A stretch of 64,000 nucleotides of DNA from Anolis carolinensis. Lineage: Eukaryota. The stretch spans positions 40,834,782-40,898,781 of the forward strand of contig NC_085842.1 in NCBI RefSeq assembly GCF_035594765.1, written 5' to 3'. Numbering within the stretch: the stretch's first letter is position 1; every line of letters starts with the position of its first letter. Of this stretch, positions 24,255 through 34,439 are shown in pieces. The notes below the pieces were generated by a model that worked only from the letters and a program-made list of their open reading frames with translations, had not been told where the DNA came from and did no database searches. Made by a program: the position numbers and the translations under genes.

Positions 24255-25247
24255 ATGTCTACCGGAGTCGTACCTGGGCCGAGCGGCCAGCCGATTACCT
24301 ACACCATCGACAAGGATGAGGTGGACCGAATCCGTGATAAGCTCAATGCACAGGATGGAGAAATAAAGGGTTTGAAGGAACGCGGAATCCGTCTTCCGGC
24401 CATGGCGTTGCCAACCAAGTTTACTGGAGAAGCTTCTAAGGTTCATGTTTTCCGTCGCCAATGCCAAGCTTATCTAGAGGCCCGTGATGCCGAGTTTCCC
24501 CAGGAAGACATCAAGGTGGCGTGGATTTACAGTCTCCTAGACGGGCCAGCGGCTAACTGGGCGACGGCTCTGTTCGACCAAGCCTCCCCACATCTAAGGT
24601 CAGCGCAACATTTCTTGGACCACCTTAAGGCGACCTGGGGAATCGAGGACAATTTGGAGGCAGCCGGGCACAAACTCCGCCGCCTCTTCCAAGGAGACAG
24701 ACCCATGTCTCAGTACATAGCCGAGTTCCGAGTGCTGGCCCACAACACCGGCTGGAACGATGTTGCCCTCAGAGGACAATTTCGGGAGGGTCTCAACATT
24801 GAAATGCTGGAGGAAATCTCCAAGGTGGATCCTCCCCAAACGCTGGAAGCACTCATCGATCAATGTTTACGGGCTGAAGTCATGATTGCCAACAGGAAGC
24901 AGTGGGTACGAGGCCAGAGCGGTAGAGCTGGGGCAAAACCCCCCGCTCCCGCCAGCGTTCAGCCGCGTCCAGTGTGGAGACCCCCACCACCATCCCCATA
25001 CCCCAGAGGGAGCGAGGAGGTGCCGATGCAGTTGGGCAATGTGCGTCCCAGATTAGATGCCGCCGAGAAGGCCCGCCGCCAACGCCTAAATCTCTGTTGG
25101 TATTGCGGGAATGGGGGCCACTTCGCCAGAGAGTGCCCAGCCAAAGGGAAGCCCGCCGCCCGTCTTGCGGCGGCGTCCTCCACGGAGACGAAGACGTCTG
25201 AGGCGGCTGGCACACAGCCGGCGGGGGAAGCCAACGACCGGGCGTAG
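24255..25247 (+). CDS. gag: Gag (330 aa; capsid plus CCHC zinc knuckle)
   Basis: PTKFTGE capsid-start motif, QGDRPMSQYIAEF MHR-like motif, EVPMQLG motif and CWYCGNGGHFAREC knuckle. Confidence 0.95.
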   Translation: MSTGVVPGPSGQPITYTIDKDEVDRIRDKLNAQDGEIKGLKERGIRLPAMALPTKFTGEASKVHVFRRQCQAYLEARDAEFPQEDIKVAWIYSLLDGPAANWATALFDQASPHLRSAQHFLDHLKATWGIEDNLEAAGHKLRRLFQGDRPMSQYIAEFRVLAHNTGWNDVALRGQFREGLNIEMLEEISKVDPPQTLEALIDQCLRAEVMIANRKQWVRGQSGRAGAKPPAPASVQPRPVWRPPPPSPYPRGSEEVPMQLGNVRPRLDAAEKARRQRLNLCWYCGNGGHFARECPAKGKPAARLAAASSTETKTSEAAGTQPAGEANDRA

Positions 25248-28200
25248 AGAGGCTCGCCAACCCGGTCAAGAAACCCATTCAAGAGCCGCCAACCGGGGTC
25301 CTGTTCCTTCTAGTGGTCACCTTATGGTCAGCAAAAAAGGGACCCGTCATGATCCACGCCATGATAGACTCAGGAGCTACCAACAATTTCATTGATAGAG
25401 AGTATGCCGACTCTCTGGGATTACAATATCATGACTTCAAGAATGCCCGTGTGGTGCAAGCCATCGATGGCCGCCCTCTCAAGACGGGCCCCGTAAGCCA
25501 GTGGTCGGAACCCACCAGGATGTGGATAAGGGAACATATGGAAGAGATTTCCTTCTTTGTTACTGAGGTTCCCCATTTCCCTGTGATTTTGGGGATTCCA
25601 TGGCTGACACTTCACGACCCAAGCATCTCCTGGTCCAACAGAGAACTGCAGTTTGCTTCAAAGTACTGCCAAAACCATTGCCTCGTAGCCAAGGTCTGCC
25701 ATGCCACAGACACCGAGCCCATTATCACCTTGCCAAAGAAGTACTCCGAGTATTGGGATGTATTCAATGAAAAAGAAGCCGAAAAATTACCCCCACATAG
25801 ACCTTATGACTGTGCCATTGACTTGGTGGAGGGGGCCCCGATCCCGCGAGGGCATCTCTACTCCCTGACTGAACCAGAGCAAGAAGCTCTCAGGGAATTC
25901 ATAGAGACAAACCTTCGCAAGGGATTCATCAGACCCTCTCAATCCCCAGCCGCCTCCCCAGTAATGTTTGTGAAGAAGAAGTCAGGGGAATTACGCTTGG
26001 TGGTGGACTACAGAGCATTGAATAATATCACCAAGCGGAACAGCTATCCCCTGCCCTTAATCTCGGATCTACTAGACCGACTTCGAGGAGCCAAGGTTTA
26101 CACCAAGCTGGATCTTCGGGGAGCTTACAACTTAGTTCGCATCAGAGAAGGGGACGAGTGGAAGACCGCCTTCCAGACTAAATTCGGATTATTCGAGTCC
26201 CGAGTTATGAATTATGGATTATGCGGAGCTCCCGCAACGTTCCAGCATTTTGTCAATGACATTTTCCAGGACTATCTAGATAGGTTCTTGATAATCTACC
26301 TGGACGATTTTTTGGTGTTTTCTAGATCACAATCAGAACATGAGAACCACGTCAAAATGGTGTTGCAACGATTGCGGGATCATGGACTTTATGCCAAGCT
26401 AGAAAAATGCGCTTTTGATCTACAAGAGGTAGATTTCCTTGGATACCGTATCTCGCCTCTAGGGCTCTCCATGGATCCAGCCAAGGTTTCAGCAGTATTG
26501 GAATGGCGGGCGCCAACTAACAAGAAGGAGGTGCAGCGATTCTTGGGGTTCGCGAACTATTACCGTAAGTTCATTCCAGATTTTGCCCGCTGGTCTGACC
26601 CAATCACTAGCTGCATCCGTGGAAAACAGCCCTTCCGCTGGACTGATCAAGCAGAGAAAGGGTTCCAGCAACTAAAGAAATTATTCACATCCCAGCCAAT
26701 CCTTCAGCATCCAGATCCTGAAACCCTTTTTGTGGTGCAAGCGGACGCCTCTGATGTGGCAATTGGGGCTGTGCTCCTACAACCGGTGGGAGATCACCTT
26801 CATCCTTGTGCCTATTATTCTCGTCAACTAACCGCACCAGAGAGGAACTATACCATTTGGGAAAAAGAACTATTAGCCATAAAGGCAGCTTTTGAAACTT
26901 GGAGACATTGGCTAGAAGGGGCCAAATTTCCCATTGAAGTCCACACTGATCATCGGAATCTAGAACATCTAAGAACTGCCCGCAAGCTAAATCAGAGGCA
27001 GCAACGTTGGGCTTTATTCTTTGAACGTTTCAACTTCCAGATTCATTATGTGACCCCAGCCCAAACCAAGCAAGCAGATGCCCTGTCACGTAAACCGGAA
27101 TACGCTGCAGGACGCAAGGAGACCTTTGAATCCCAACTATTACAACCCGAGAACTTTGCCACGCTCACAGTGGGGAACACCAAATCCACTCCCATTGATT
27201 CAACTCCCTCTACTCCAGGGCCCATCTGTGCTCAAGAAATCAGGGCTAGTCAACAAGCAGATGCCTGGGCGCAGGACCAACTTCGTCAAGGCCTGCATTT
27301 TCCCTTTTCGCTTAAAGATGGACTGCTTTGCTATAGAAATCATGTTTATATCCCACCCGGACCGGGCAGGGAAAAAGCACTTCGTCTGTGTCATGACTGC
27401 AAACCAGCAGGGCATTTCGGACTATTTAAAACCATGCATTTGATCCTAAGAGATTTCTGGTGGCCCAAGATCCGCAAGGATGTGGAAAAATATGTTAACA
27501 CCTGCCCAGTATGCCAGCGCTCCAAGATAAGAAGGGAGAAGCCCTCAGGGCTTCTACACCCCCTTCCTAACCCATCTCGCCCATGGGAAATAATTTCTGC
27601 GGATTTTATCACTGACTTACCACCTTCCTGTGGATTCACCACGATCCTAGTGGTGGTGGACCTTTTCACCAAGTTAGCCCATTTCATTCCCTGTGAAGGT
27701 CTTCCCACGGCCCAAGAGACTGCAGATTTATTCCTCCAACATGTTTTCAGACTACATGGATTGCCCAAGAGTTTGGTCACAGACCGTGGATCCCAATTCA
27801 CCTCTCGTTTCTGGAAGGCACTACAAAAACTATTGGGCATAGACTCTCGTTTATCTTCAGCTCATCATCCCCAAACGGATGGGCAAACGGAGCGCACCAA
27901 TGCCACTTTGGAACAGTACCTTCGCTGTTATGTAAACTACCAACAGGACAATTGGGCTTCTCTGTTACCACTGTCGGAATTTGCCTACAACAATGGAGTC
28001 CAGGCTTCTACAAAAGAAACGCCGTTCTTTGCAAACTACGGCTTCCATCCACGTTTCTTTCCCCCTGTCATTGAAACTTCAGAAGTTCCCGCAGCAGAAG
28101 ATTGGCTGCAGGAACTCACAGCGGTGCAACAACTTTTGCTCCAGCAACTGGAACAAGCCAAGGAGGACTATAAACGTCACGCGGACAAACATCGCCAGCC

Positions 28201-29011
28201 GGGCCCCGAAATCAAGGTAGGAGATCGGGTTTTTCTGTCCACTCGCTTTTTGCCCTCCCATCGCCCTTGCCGGAAGTTAGATGCCCGTTTCATTGGCCCC
28301 TATCCAGTGGTGGCGCAACTTAACCCCGTGACTTTCAAACTCCAACTTCCGCGCTCAATGCGCATTCACCCAGTGTTTCACCGCTCCCTGCTCCTTCCGG
28401 CGGATGGTGTGCGGCCAGATGTAGACCGGCCGGCCCCCGTCCCTATTTTGGTGGATGGGGAGGACGAGTTCGAGGTTCAGGACATTTTGGATTCTCGCTT
28501 TCACCGCCGCCGCCTGCAATATCTCATTGACTGGGTGGGTTTTGGCCCTGAGGAACGCTCTTGGGAAGACGCTTCCACAGTTCACGCTCCTGATCTAACC
28601 CGTCGCTTCCATCAGACCTATCCCGCCAAGCCACGACCTCGCGCCTCGGGGAGAGAGTCCCAGTTTGGGAGGGGGCTTGAGGAGGGGGATAGTGTGATGA
28701 CCCATGGGCCTTGTAGTCCTGCTCATGACATTGTGATGCCTGATGAAGAAGAAAACTTGGGTTTTTTACCTTCCCAGTCAGAACTGGATTCTTCCCAGAC
28801 AGATTCTTCCCAGCCAGATCTGGGAACCTTGCACCTGCAAGAGGATTATGTTCCAGAAGTATGTCAAACAAATACTGAGGCTACATCTCCAGTGTTTTCT
28901 CGCCATGAGTTTTGTAAACAACAGAGAGGTTTGGAAGCAGCCTCGCGCAGGAGTGCGAGAATAATTGCTAAGAATTTGCCAATTAAGCCTGTTTTCCATG
29001 AGAATCTTTAA
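25202..29011 (+). CDS. pol: Pol (protease, RT, RNase H, integrase, GPY/F, chromodomain, U3-encoded tail), in the -1 frame relative to gag
   Basis: Frame open from 25202 (after TGA 25199-25201) to TAA 29009-29011. DSG at 25367, YLDD at 26297, DASD RNase H motif, HHCC plus D-D-E integrase, RFIGPY, and chromodomain FEVQDIL..DWVGFG..SWE at about 28469-28624. Confidence 0.95.
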   Translation, partial: GGWHTAGGGSQRPGVERLANPVKKPIQEPPTGVLFLLVVTLWSAKKGPVMIHAMIDSGATNNFIDREYADSLGLQYHDFKNARVVQAIDGRPLKTGPVSQWSEPTRMWIREHMEEISFFVTEVPHFPVILGIPWLTLHDPSISWSNRELQFASKYCQNHCLVAKVCHATDTEPIITLPKKYSEYWDVFNEKEAEKLPPHRPYDCAIDLVEGAPIPRGHLYSLTEPEQEALREFIETNLRKGFIRPSQSPAASPVMFVKKKSGELRLVVDYRALNNITKRNSYPLPLISDLLDRLRGAKVYTKLDLRGAYNLVRIREGDEWKTAFQTKFGLFESRVMNYGLCGAPATFQHFVNDIFQDYLDRFLIIYLDDFLVFSRSQSEHENHVKMVLQRLRDHGLYAKLEKCAFDLQEVDFLGYRISPLGLSMDPAKVSAVLEWRAPTNKKEVQRFLGFANYYRKFIPDFARWSDPITSCIRGKQPFRWTDQAEKGFQQLKKLFTSQPILQHPDPETLFVVQADASDVAIGAVLLQPVGDHLHPCAYYSRQLTAPERNYTIWEKELLAIKAAFETWRHWLEGAKFPIEVHTDHRNLEHLRTARKLNQRQQRWALFFERFNFQIHYVTPAQTKQADALSRKPEYAAGRKETFESQLLQPENFATLTVGNTKSTPIDSTPSTPGPICAQEIRASQQADAWAQDQLRQGLHFPFSLKDGLLCYRNHVYIPPGPGREKALRLCHDCKPAGHFGLFKTMHLILRDFWWPKIRKDVEKYVNTCPVCQRSKIRREKPSGLLHPLPNPSRPWEIISADFITDLPPSCGFTTILVVVDLFTKLAHFIPCEGLPTAQETADLFLQHVFRLHGLPKSLVTDRGSQFTSRFWKALQKLLGIDSRLSSAHHPQTDGQTERTNATLEQYLRCYVNYQQDNWASLLPLSEFAYNNGVQASTKETPFFANYGFHPRFFPPVIETSEVPAAEDWLQELTAVQQLLLQQLEQAKEDYKRHADKHRQPGPEIKVGDRVFLSTRFLPSHRPCRKLDARFIGPYPVVAQLNPVTFKLQLPRSMRIHPVFHRSLLLPADGVRPDVDRPAPVPILVDGEDEFEVQDILDSRFHRRRLQYLIDWVGFGPEERSWEDASTVHAPDLTRRFHQTYPAKPRPRASGRESQFGRGLEEGDSVMTHGPCSPAHDIVMPDEEENLGFLPSQSELDSSQTDSSQPDLGTLHLQEDYVPEVCQTNTEATSPVFSRHEFCKQQRGLEAASRRSARIIAKNLPIKPVFHENL
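28679..28692 (+). promoter_or_regulatory. Polypurine tract
   Basis: GAGGAGGGGGATAG directly before the 3' LTR TG. Confidence 0.9.
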
Positions 29012-29667
29012 GGAGTCAAACATCTGGTCTCAGAGATTAGCTTTCGTTTCTGGTTCCCAGAGAACTGCTCTCGGCGGGAAAGTTAGACTCTATATAGGTG
29101 TTTTACCCGCGGAGTAACTTTGCGGAGTCAATTCGTCAGCCTCCGGAGCGAGTTGTGTTTGGACAGCGCGCTCCGTTTCAAGCCTCGTTCCTGCTCAAGC
29201 CTTGTCCTTGTTTCCTGCCTTCGCTCCTGCTTCCCAGCCTTTGTTTACCTACGAACCTTGCCTTGTTTCCCAGGACTAAACCTTGCCTTGTTCCACGGAT
29301 TTTACCAAGTTATTCCACGGACCTTGTTCTTGTTCCTCGTTACCTTGTTCCACGATTCAAGCCTTGTTTTCAAGTATCAAGTTATTTCCTAGCCTTGCTC
29401 AAGTTCATGGACTAAAGGACCTTGTCATCTCCCCTCACTTTGCCTGGCAAAGTGAGTGTTTCGGTTATTGGATTACAACTTTGGACCTTAATATTTCATA
29501 TTGGACATTGTTTCTTTGGACTAATTTTGACCTTTCTTGAAAGGTCTGCTTCTGGACTAACTTTTACATTTGCTTTTACTAACTTTATATATTTCCTTAA
29601 TAAAGATATTAGATAGATTCTGGCCTCTGCGTATGGTTATTGGTGCTCTGTAGCCTGGGTCGTGACA
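28693..29667 (+). repeat. 3' LTR
   Basis: Same sequence as the 5' LTR except C23931/T29386 (the only difference I found by eye). Confidence 0.98.
29599..29604 (+). terminator. LTR polyadenylation signal (copy at 24144-24149)
   Basis: AATAAA about 65 nt before the LTR end, followed by a GT-rich stretch. Confidence 0.65.
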
Positions 29668-32600
29668 GGAAAACATACAACAACCCTGTGATCCCGGCCA
29701 TGAAAGCCTTTGACAACACAAAGAAGCCAAAGTTTGGGCTAAAGAAACACTAGTCTGAAAGGCATCTGTTTCAATGAACCCCATCTAGGAATACATCCAA
29801 ACTTAGGAATGCATCCAAACTTCAATGTCATTGGATCCTGTTCTACGCTTGACGCTGCTAGAGGTCTTACACTCTAAAGAGTTAAACATCCACTATCCAT
29901 TATTCACGAAGCCAGATCCTATTGGTTAAATTACTCATGGATGTACTTATAGATGTCACCTTCCAAAAATGTATTTTTGGAAGTATGTTCAGTTTATATT
30001 TATGCACATGCCTAGCCTTGCTTCATATTCAATGTGTTCCCTTCCTACTTTTTCTCATCCCTTTCTCCCCTGCCTTCTTTTAATAATAAAAAGGAATGCA
30101 TTCAAATATCTGTCTGGAATCTTGGAATGAGCTGTATGTGATAAAGTAGGCTGCAGTACTCCACAGCCAATATCCAAATAAAACACACTGGTCTTTAAAT
30201 GCCATAGTACTCTTCGTTAGGGAAATATTTATTGTGCTCCACAAGGATTTTATCTTATTTCTGACTTTGGGATTCATCACCCAGCAGGTTGGGGAAATGG
30301 ATGACTGTTTTGCCTCAATCTGTAGGCTTCTGTCAAATTCCAGATTTAACTGATAATAATATTTACAATAAAAATATATGCATTTCCCAGCTAGGTATTT
30401 TTGTGTTGGTTGTATACCTCCAAGTCATTTCTGACTTATGGCAGCCCTAAGACAACAAAAGTTATATTTCAAAAACAAGTGTGACATAGAACATTCCACA
30501 AAAATACAGATTTACTCCATGTTCAAAAGTACTGGCATGGCCTTGCATTAGTAGAAGTGCTCATAACCAAACAACTACAGTCTTTGGGGGAAAAAAAAAA
30601 TTAAAATAGAAAAACATGTCATATTCTAAACTGAGAGGGCAATGCAGAGCACACTGTGCTTTAAAAGGCTCTTTGTTATAAGATTAAAGATAGATGAGAT
30701 CTCACTGCATGTTTATTTGCTCTTCTATTTTCTAGTTGATTAAATTGATAGACCTTTTCCATTTTTTTTCTCCCAGGTGAGATCATAATAGTTTTAAAAT
30801 AAGTGCTAAAACCACAATGAGTCCATAATGAGGACAGATATTTGTCATTTATTTATCTATTTAAATTTGATTCTGGGTTTTGACTTGGAATAGGACCCAA
30901 AGTGGTTCATAAAAGGAAGCAATTGAAATCAAAGGAGAACACTGTCAAAAATGGAAATCATCCTACTGAAACATACACACATGAATGAAACAACACATTC
31001 CTCTTACTTATGCATGTCTATTCAGAAATAAGCCTCACTAAATTCAATGAGCCTTACTCTAATATGAGTGGACACAGGATTGCTGCCAATGCTCAGGAAG
31101 AATAGTAAAAATCAAAACTATTTGCATAGGCTGGTGTCAACTCATTCGGAGTTCTAATTTGTAAGCAATATAGAACATTCCTATTTTTACAGCAGGAGAC
31201 TAATTGGATAGTTTGGAGTTCTGGCACAGAAGATATGCATGTAGTCAAGCTTTGCAAAATTTAGATCTTGAGAAAACTCATCTCCACTCCTCAAGCTCTT
31301 TGGAGCCTCCACAGAGTCAAAAAATAACTCCTAAAAGAAAAATGTGAAGAATAGGCACTATATAAACTTGCTAGTTGCTACGTTGTGCAGCCTACTTTAA
31401 AAGCACACCTTTCAGTTTTTTTTCTTATGTCCTGAACAAGACTGAATGTCTCATCTACACTGTAAAAAGTATGCTGATTGACACCATTTTAACTGCCGAG
31501 GCTCAATGCTATATAGTTGGGAGAGGCACTAGCACTCTTTGACAGAGAAGGTTAAATACCTTGTGAAACCATGACTCTCAGGATTGGCAATTAAAGTAGT
31601 GTCAAATTGCATTCATTCTGCAGTATAAATGCACCCTCACTCTACATATCCCCAAAACAGTGTCTCAGGAAAGGCTGGGCCATGTGCCTCTGTGCCAGTG
31701 TTTCTAACTGAAGCTTTGACAGGAAAGTGGAAATCTGTAGCACTTTATGCATGATGCTATATGGCTATGACTCAAAATCAGGTAGGTGAGCCCTGTTTTC
31801 ATCTTCTCTGCCAATTCATATTTCCCTCCCATCAGAGAGAAGTCAGGGGAATAAAACTTCAAATATATTTCTCTTTGGCAGGCTCATGCCATGCGATCAG
31901 ACAGTTCATCTGCACAAAGCCCCAAAGCTATTAATGCTAAATGTTCCACTCCAGGAAGATCAGAATAGCAGAGACAGTTGGTCTTGGAAGTCCTTTCTCC
32001 TCTTTCACAGATTTTGCCAGCTTCAACGTCTCAACCACACGAAGAAAAACATGTGGAGCTAATTTGGATTTTGCAATTTCAAAATTTAAATTTCTTGTAA
32101 GTCTCTTCCATATTACACTATAATAAGTGTTTTGATGCTACTTTAACTACCATGGAATCCTAGGATTCTGCTATGGCTCAGTGCTATGGGAATCACAGGA
32201 GTTGTAGTGTTACAAATGTCTTTAGCCTTCTCTGCCAAAGAGTGCTGTTGCCTCACCAAACAATAAAGCCCAGAATTGTAGGCGATGTCACCATGGTAGT
32301 TGAAGAGGTATCAAAGGACTGCAGTTGCAGAGTATGAATGAGAATAGTTTAATATTAAATAACCTGAAGAAATAGAATAGGAACGCTACTCTTAATCTCT
32401 GAATACAACTATTAAACATTGTTTACAAGACACAGTGGATTTGTTTAGATTTTCCCATGTAGATGGAGACACATTTAAACCTCTATCAAATATTATTTGC
32501 TGTCTATCTACCCAGCACTGGCATATCATATTAGAAAAATATTTTGCTCTGATCTCTTCAGAGTAGTTCATGAGCAAAATAAAACTGAATCAAGCAAGAT

Positions 32601-34325
32601 GGAGCAACATCCCCACAATATCCCCACACTTAATCTCATAAACTGTCTTGGCTATTGGGTAAACATTTTTCACCCTTTTTGGGGAATATTTTAATAGCAC
32701 TTTTCCTTGTTTATTGGAATTATTGATTTGGACCAATTCACATTTTCACTCCACTAATTTTCATTATCAGATGAGATGTAGGAGCACTTATAACTAAACT
32801 GAACATGACATTTAATGGCTCTGAATATTCTGTATAGATTTTTCTTTTTTTCCTTTTGAAATATAATTGGCATCTTGATGGGAGTTATAATTAATAGAAC
32901 TAAAAGCATTAATGAAGGAGATGGTAACCCATTATTTCCCAATTGTGTCCCATGAGGAAATCCATTATCTGTTGCTGGCATTTCTACTGGGAAGGACTTT
33001 TAAAAATGGCTGTTGTGTCTACTCCAGTAAACAACCCTAAGGGGAAACTATCAGGGGTTTTCCTGGCAAGGTTTGTTCACAGGGAATTTGCCCTTGCCTT
33101 CTTCTGAAACTGAGATAATGTGACTTGCCCAAAGTCAGACACTGGGATTACATGGCCAAATGAGAATTTAAACCCTGATCTTCATAGCTGTTGTCCCACA
33201 TTCAGACTACCTATACCATGCTGGCTCTTTTTATTAGATCTAATGAAAAGATGAGACAGTGTGCTGTAGTGGTTTGAGCACTGGAATATGACACTGGACA
33301 CTAGGGCTTGACATTGCAGCCTGTAAACACCAACAACCTGTGTAACACTTATTTCAATATGTCCTGAGGCTGAAAACAAAGGTATACTTTAGAAAATATG
33401 TTTTTTTGCTATTTTATATATCATTTGCTTTCATGCCATCATTTTGGCTAGGATCTGTTGTGGTCTGTTGTGGTGTATTGTTGTGGTTGTTGTTGCTCTT
33501 GTTGTATGCCTTCAGATCATGGTGACTCTGAGGTGAACCTATCATCGGGTTTTGCTCAGAAGGGATTTGCCTTTGCCTTCCAGCAACTCTAAGAAAGTGT
33601 TGCAACATAATGCTCAGACCGCTACACTGTACTGGTTCTCCTAGGATTATGCATATTGCATATTATTCAGTTGTCATTAAAAGCAGGAAAAATGTTTTTT
33701 CCCCCAAAGTAACCACAATTGAAATATGTACTCAGTATAATTTTGGTACAAACCAGAATTGGGTCTGTATATTAAATCAACATTGTACTTGTCAGTACAC
33801 AGCACATTCATAGATACAATTTCAGGCTATGCCATTTACATTATGAAAAACGTAAGTATGTGCCATTTACATTTGGAGAACTAGGTCAGTTTATCTGTTA
33901 GTTTGAACTTTACTTAAGTAATGTTCCATGTTCTCCAGGCAAATGTTGAATGGTTAAGGGTTAAGAGACTTCACTGAGAACTAGTGATGGAGAAATGAAC
34001 AGGAATTCAAAAACTGAAACAGGTGTTTCTGAAAGTGCATCTTCTAATCAAAAGTGAGGATTTTTCCTCCAATTTCTAGCCAGTTGAATATAAGTACAGA
34101 GAAAAATGGTATTGGCCATCTGATTCTTTGAACAGATTGCGAAGAAAGTGAGACCAAAAAAAAAACCCCACAGTGGTGTCTCCAAAAAGTCCTTTAACTA
34201 ACCCTTTGCCAAAGACTCAGTTAACTGGCTAATTGATACACATAGCATCGAGATCAGAGAGACGTTTCTGTCCCCTGCTATGTGCACTAAGCCAATGTTT
34301 CCCCAATTATTTCTAAATGACTCAC

Positions 34326-34439
34326 CTCATTGTCGTGTGGTGGCAGCTGGTGAAGAAGCTGTTTGATACGGGCTTTCTCTCCAGGGCTGTTCACGTAGGG
34401 CACTTTGTCTTCCGGTAGGCAGCTGTAGTACTGATGAAC
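34326..34439 (-). CDS. PRICKLE2: PRICKLE2 coding exon (PET domain)
   Basis: 114 nt, phase 0/0, AG..GTGAG boundaries; translates [38 protein letters not shown]. Confidence 0.97.

Larger units (their letters stand above)
23238..29667 (+). mobile_element. Full-length Ty3/Gypsy chromovirus (sushi-like) LTR retrotransposon
   Basis: Two 975-bp TG...CA LTRs, 5-bp TSD GGAAA (23233-23237 and 29668-29672), open gag and pol ORFs, domain order PR-RT-RH-IN-chromodomain, PPT before the 3' LTR. Confidence 0.98.
23053..29720. mobile_element. Short inverted (palindromic) Penelope pLTR insertion, split by the Gypsy element (pieces 23053-23237 and 29668-29720)
   Basis: About 100-bp arms inverted around 23151; sequence matches the Penelope 3' end at 40950-41050; flanking direct repeat AAGAAGCCAAAG at 23041-23052 and 29721-29732. 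Confidence 0.85.

Noticed and set aside
24978-25005. PPxY late domain in Gag (RPPPPSPYP)
   Set aside because: Spacing is PPSPY, not PPxY.
24600-25395. Overlapping and antisense ORFs across gag (24600-24863, 24880-25278, 24959-25282, 24974-25201, 25111-25395)
   Set aside because: Expected by chance in GC-rich coding DNA; no recognisable motifs.
28625-29011. env-like third ORF
   Set aside because: In frame with pol, hydrophilic, with no signal peptide or transmembrane segment.
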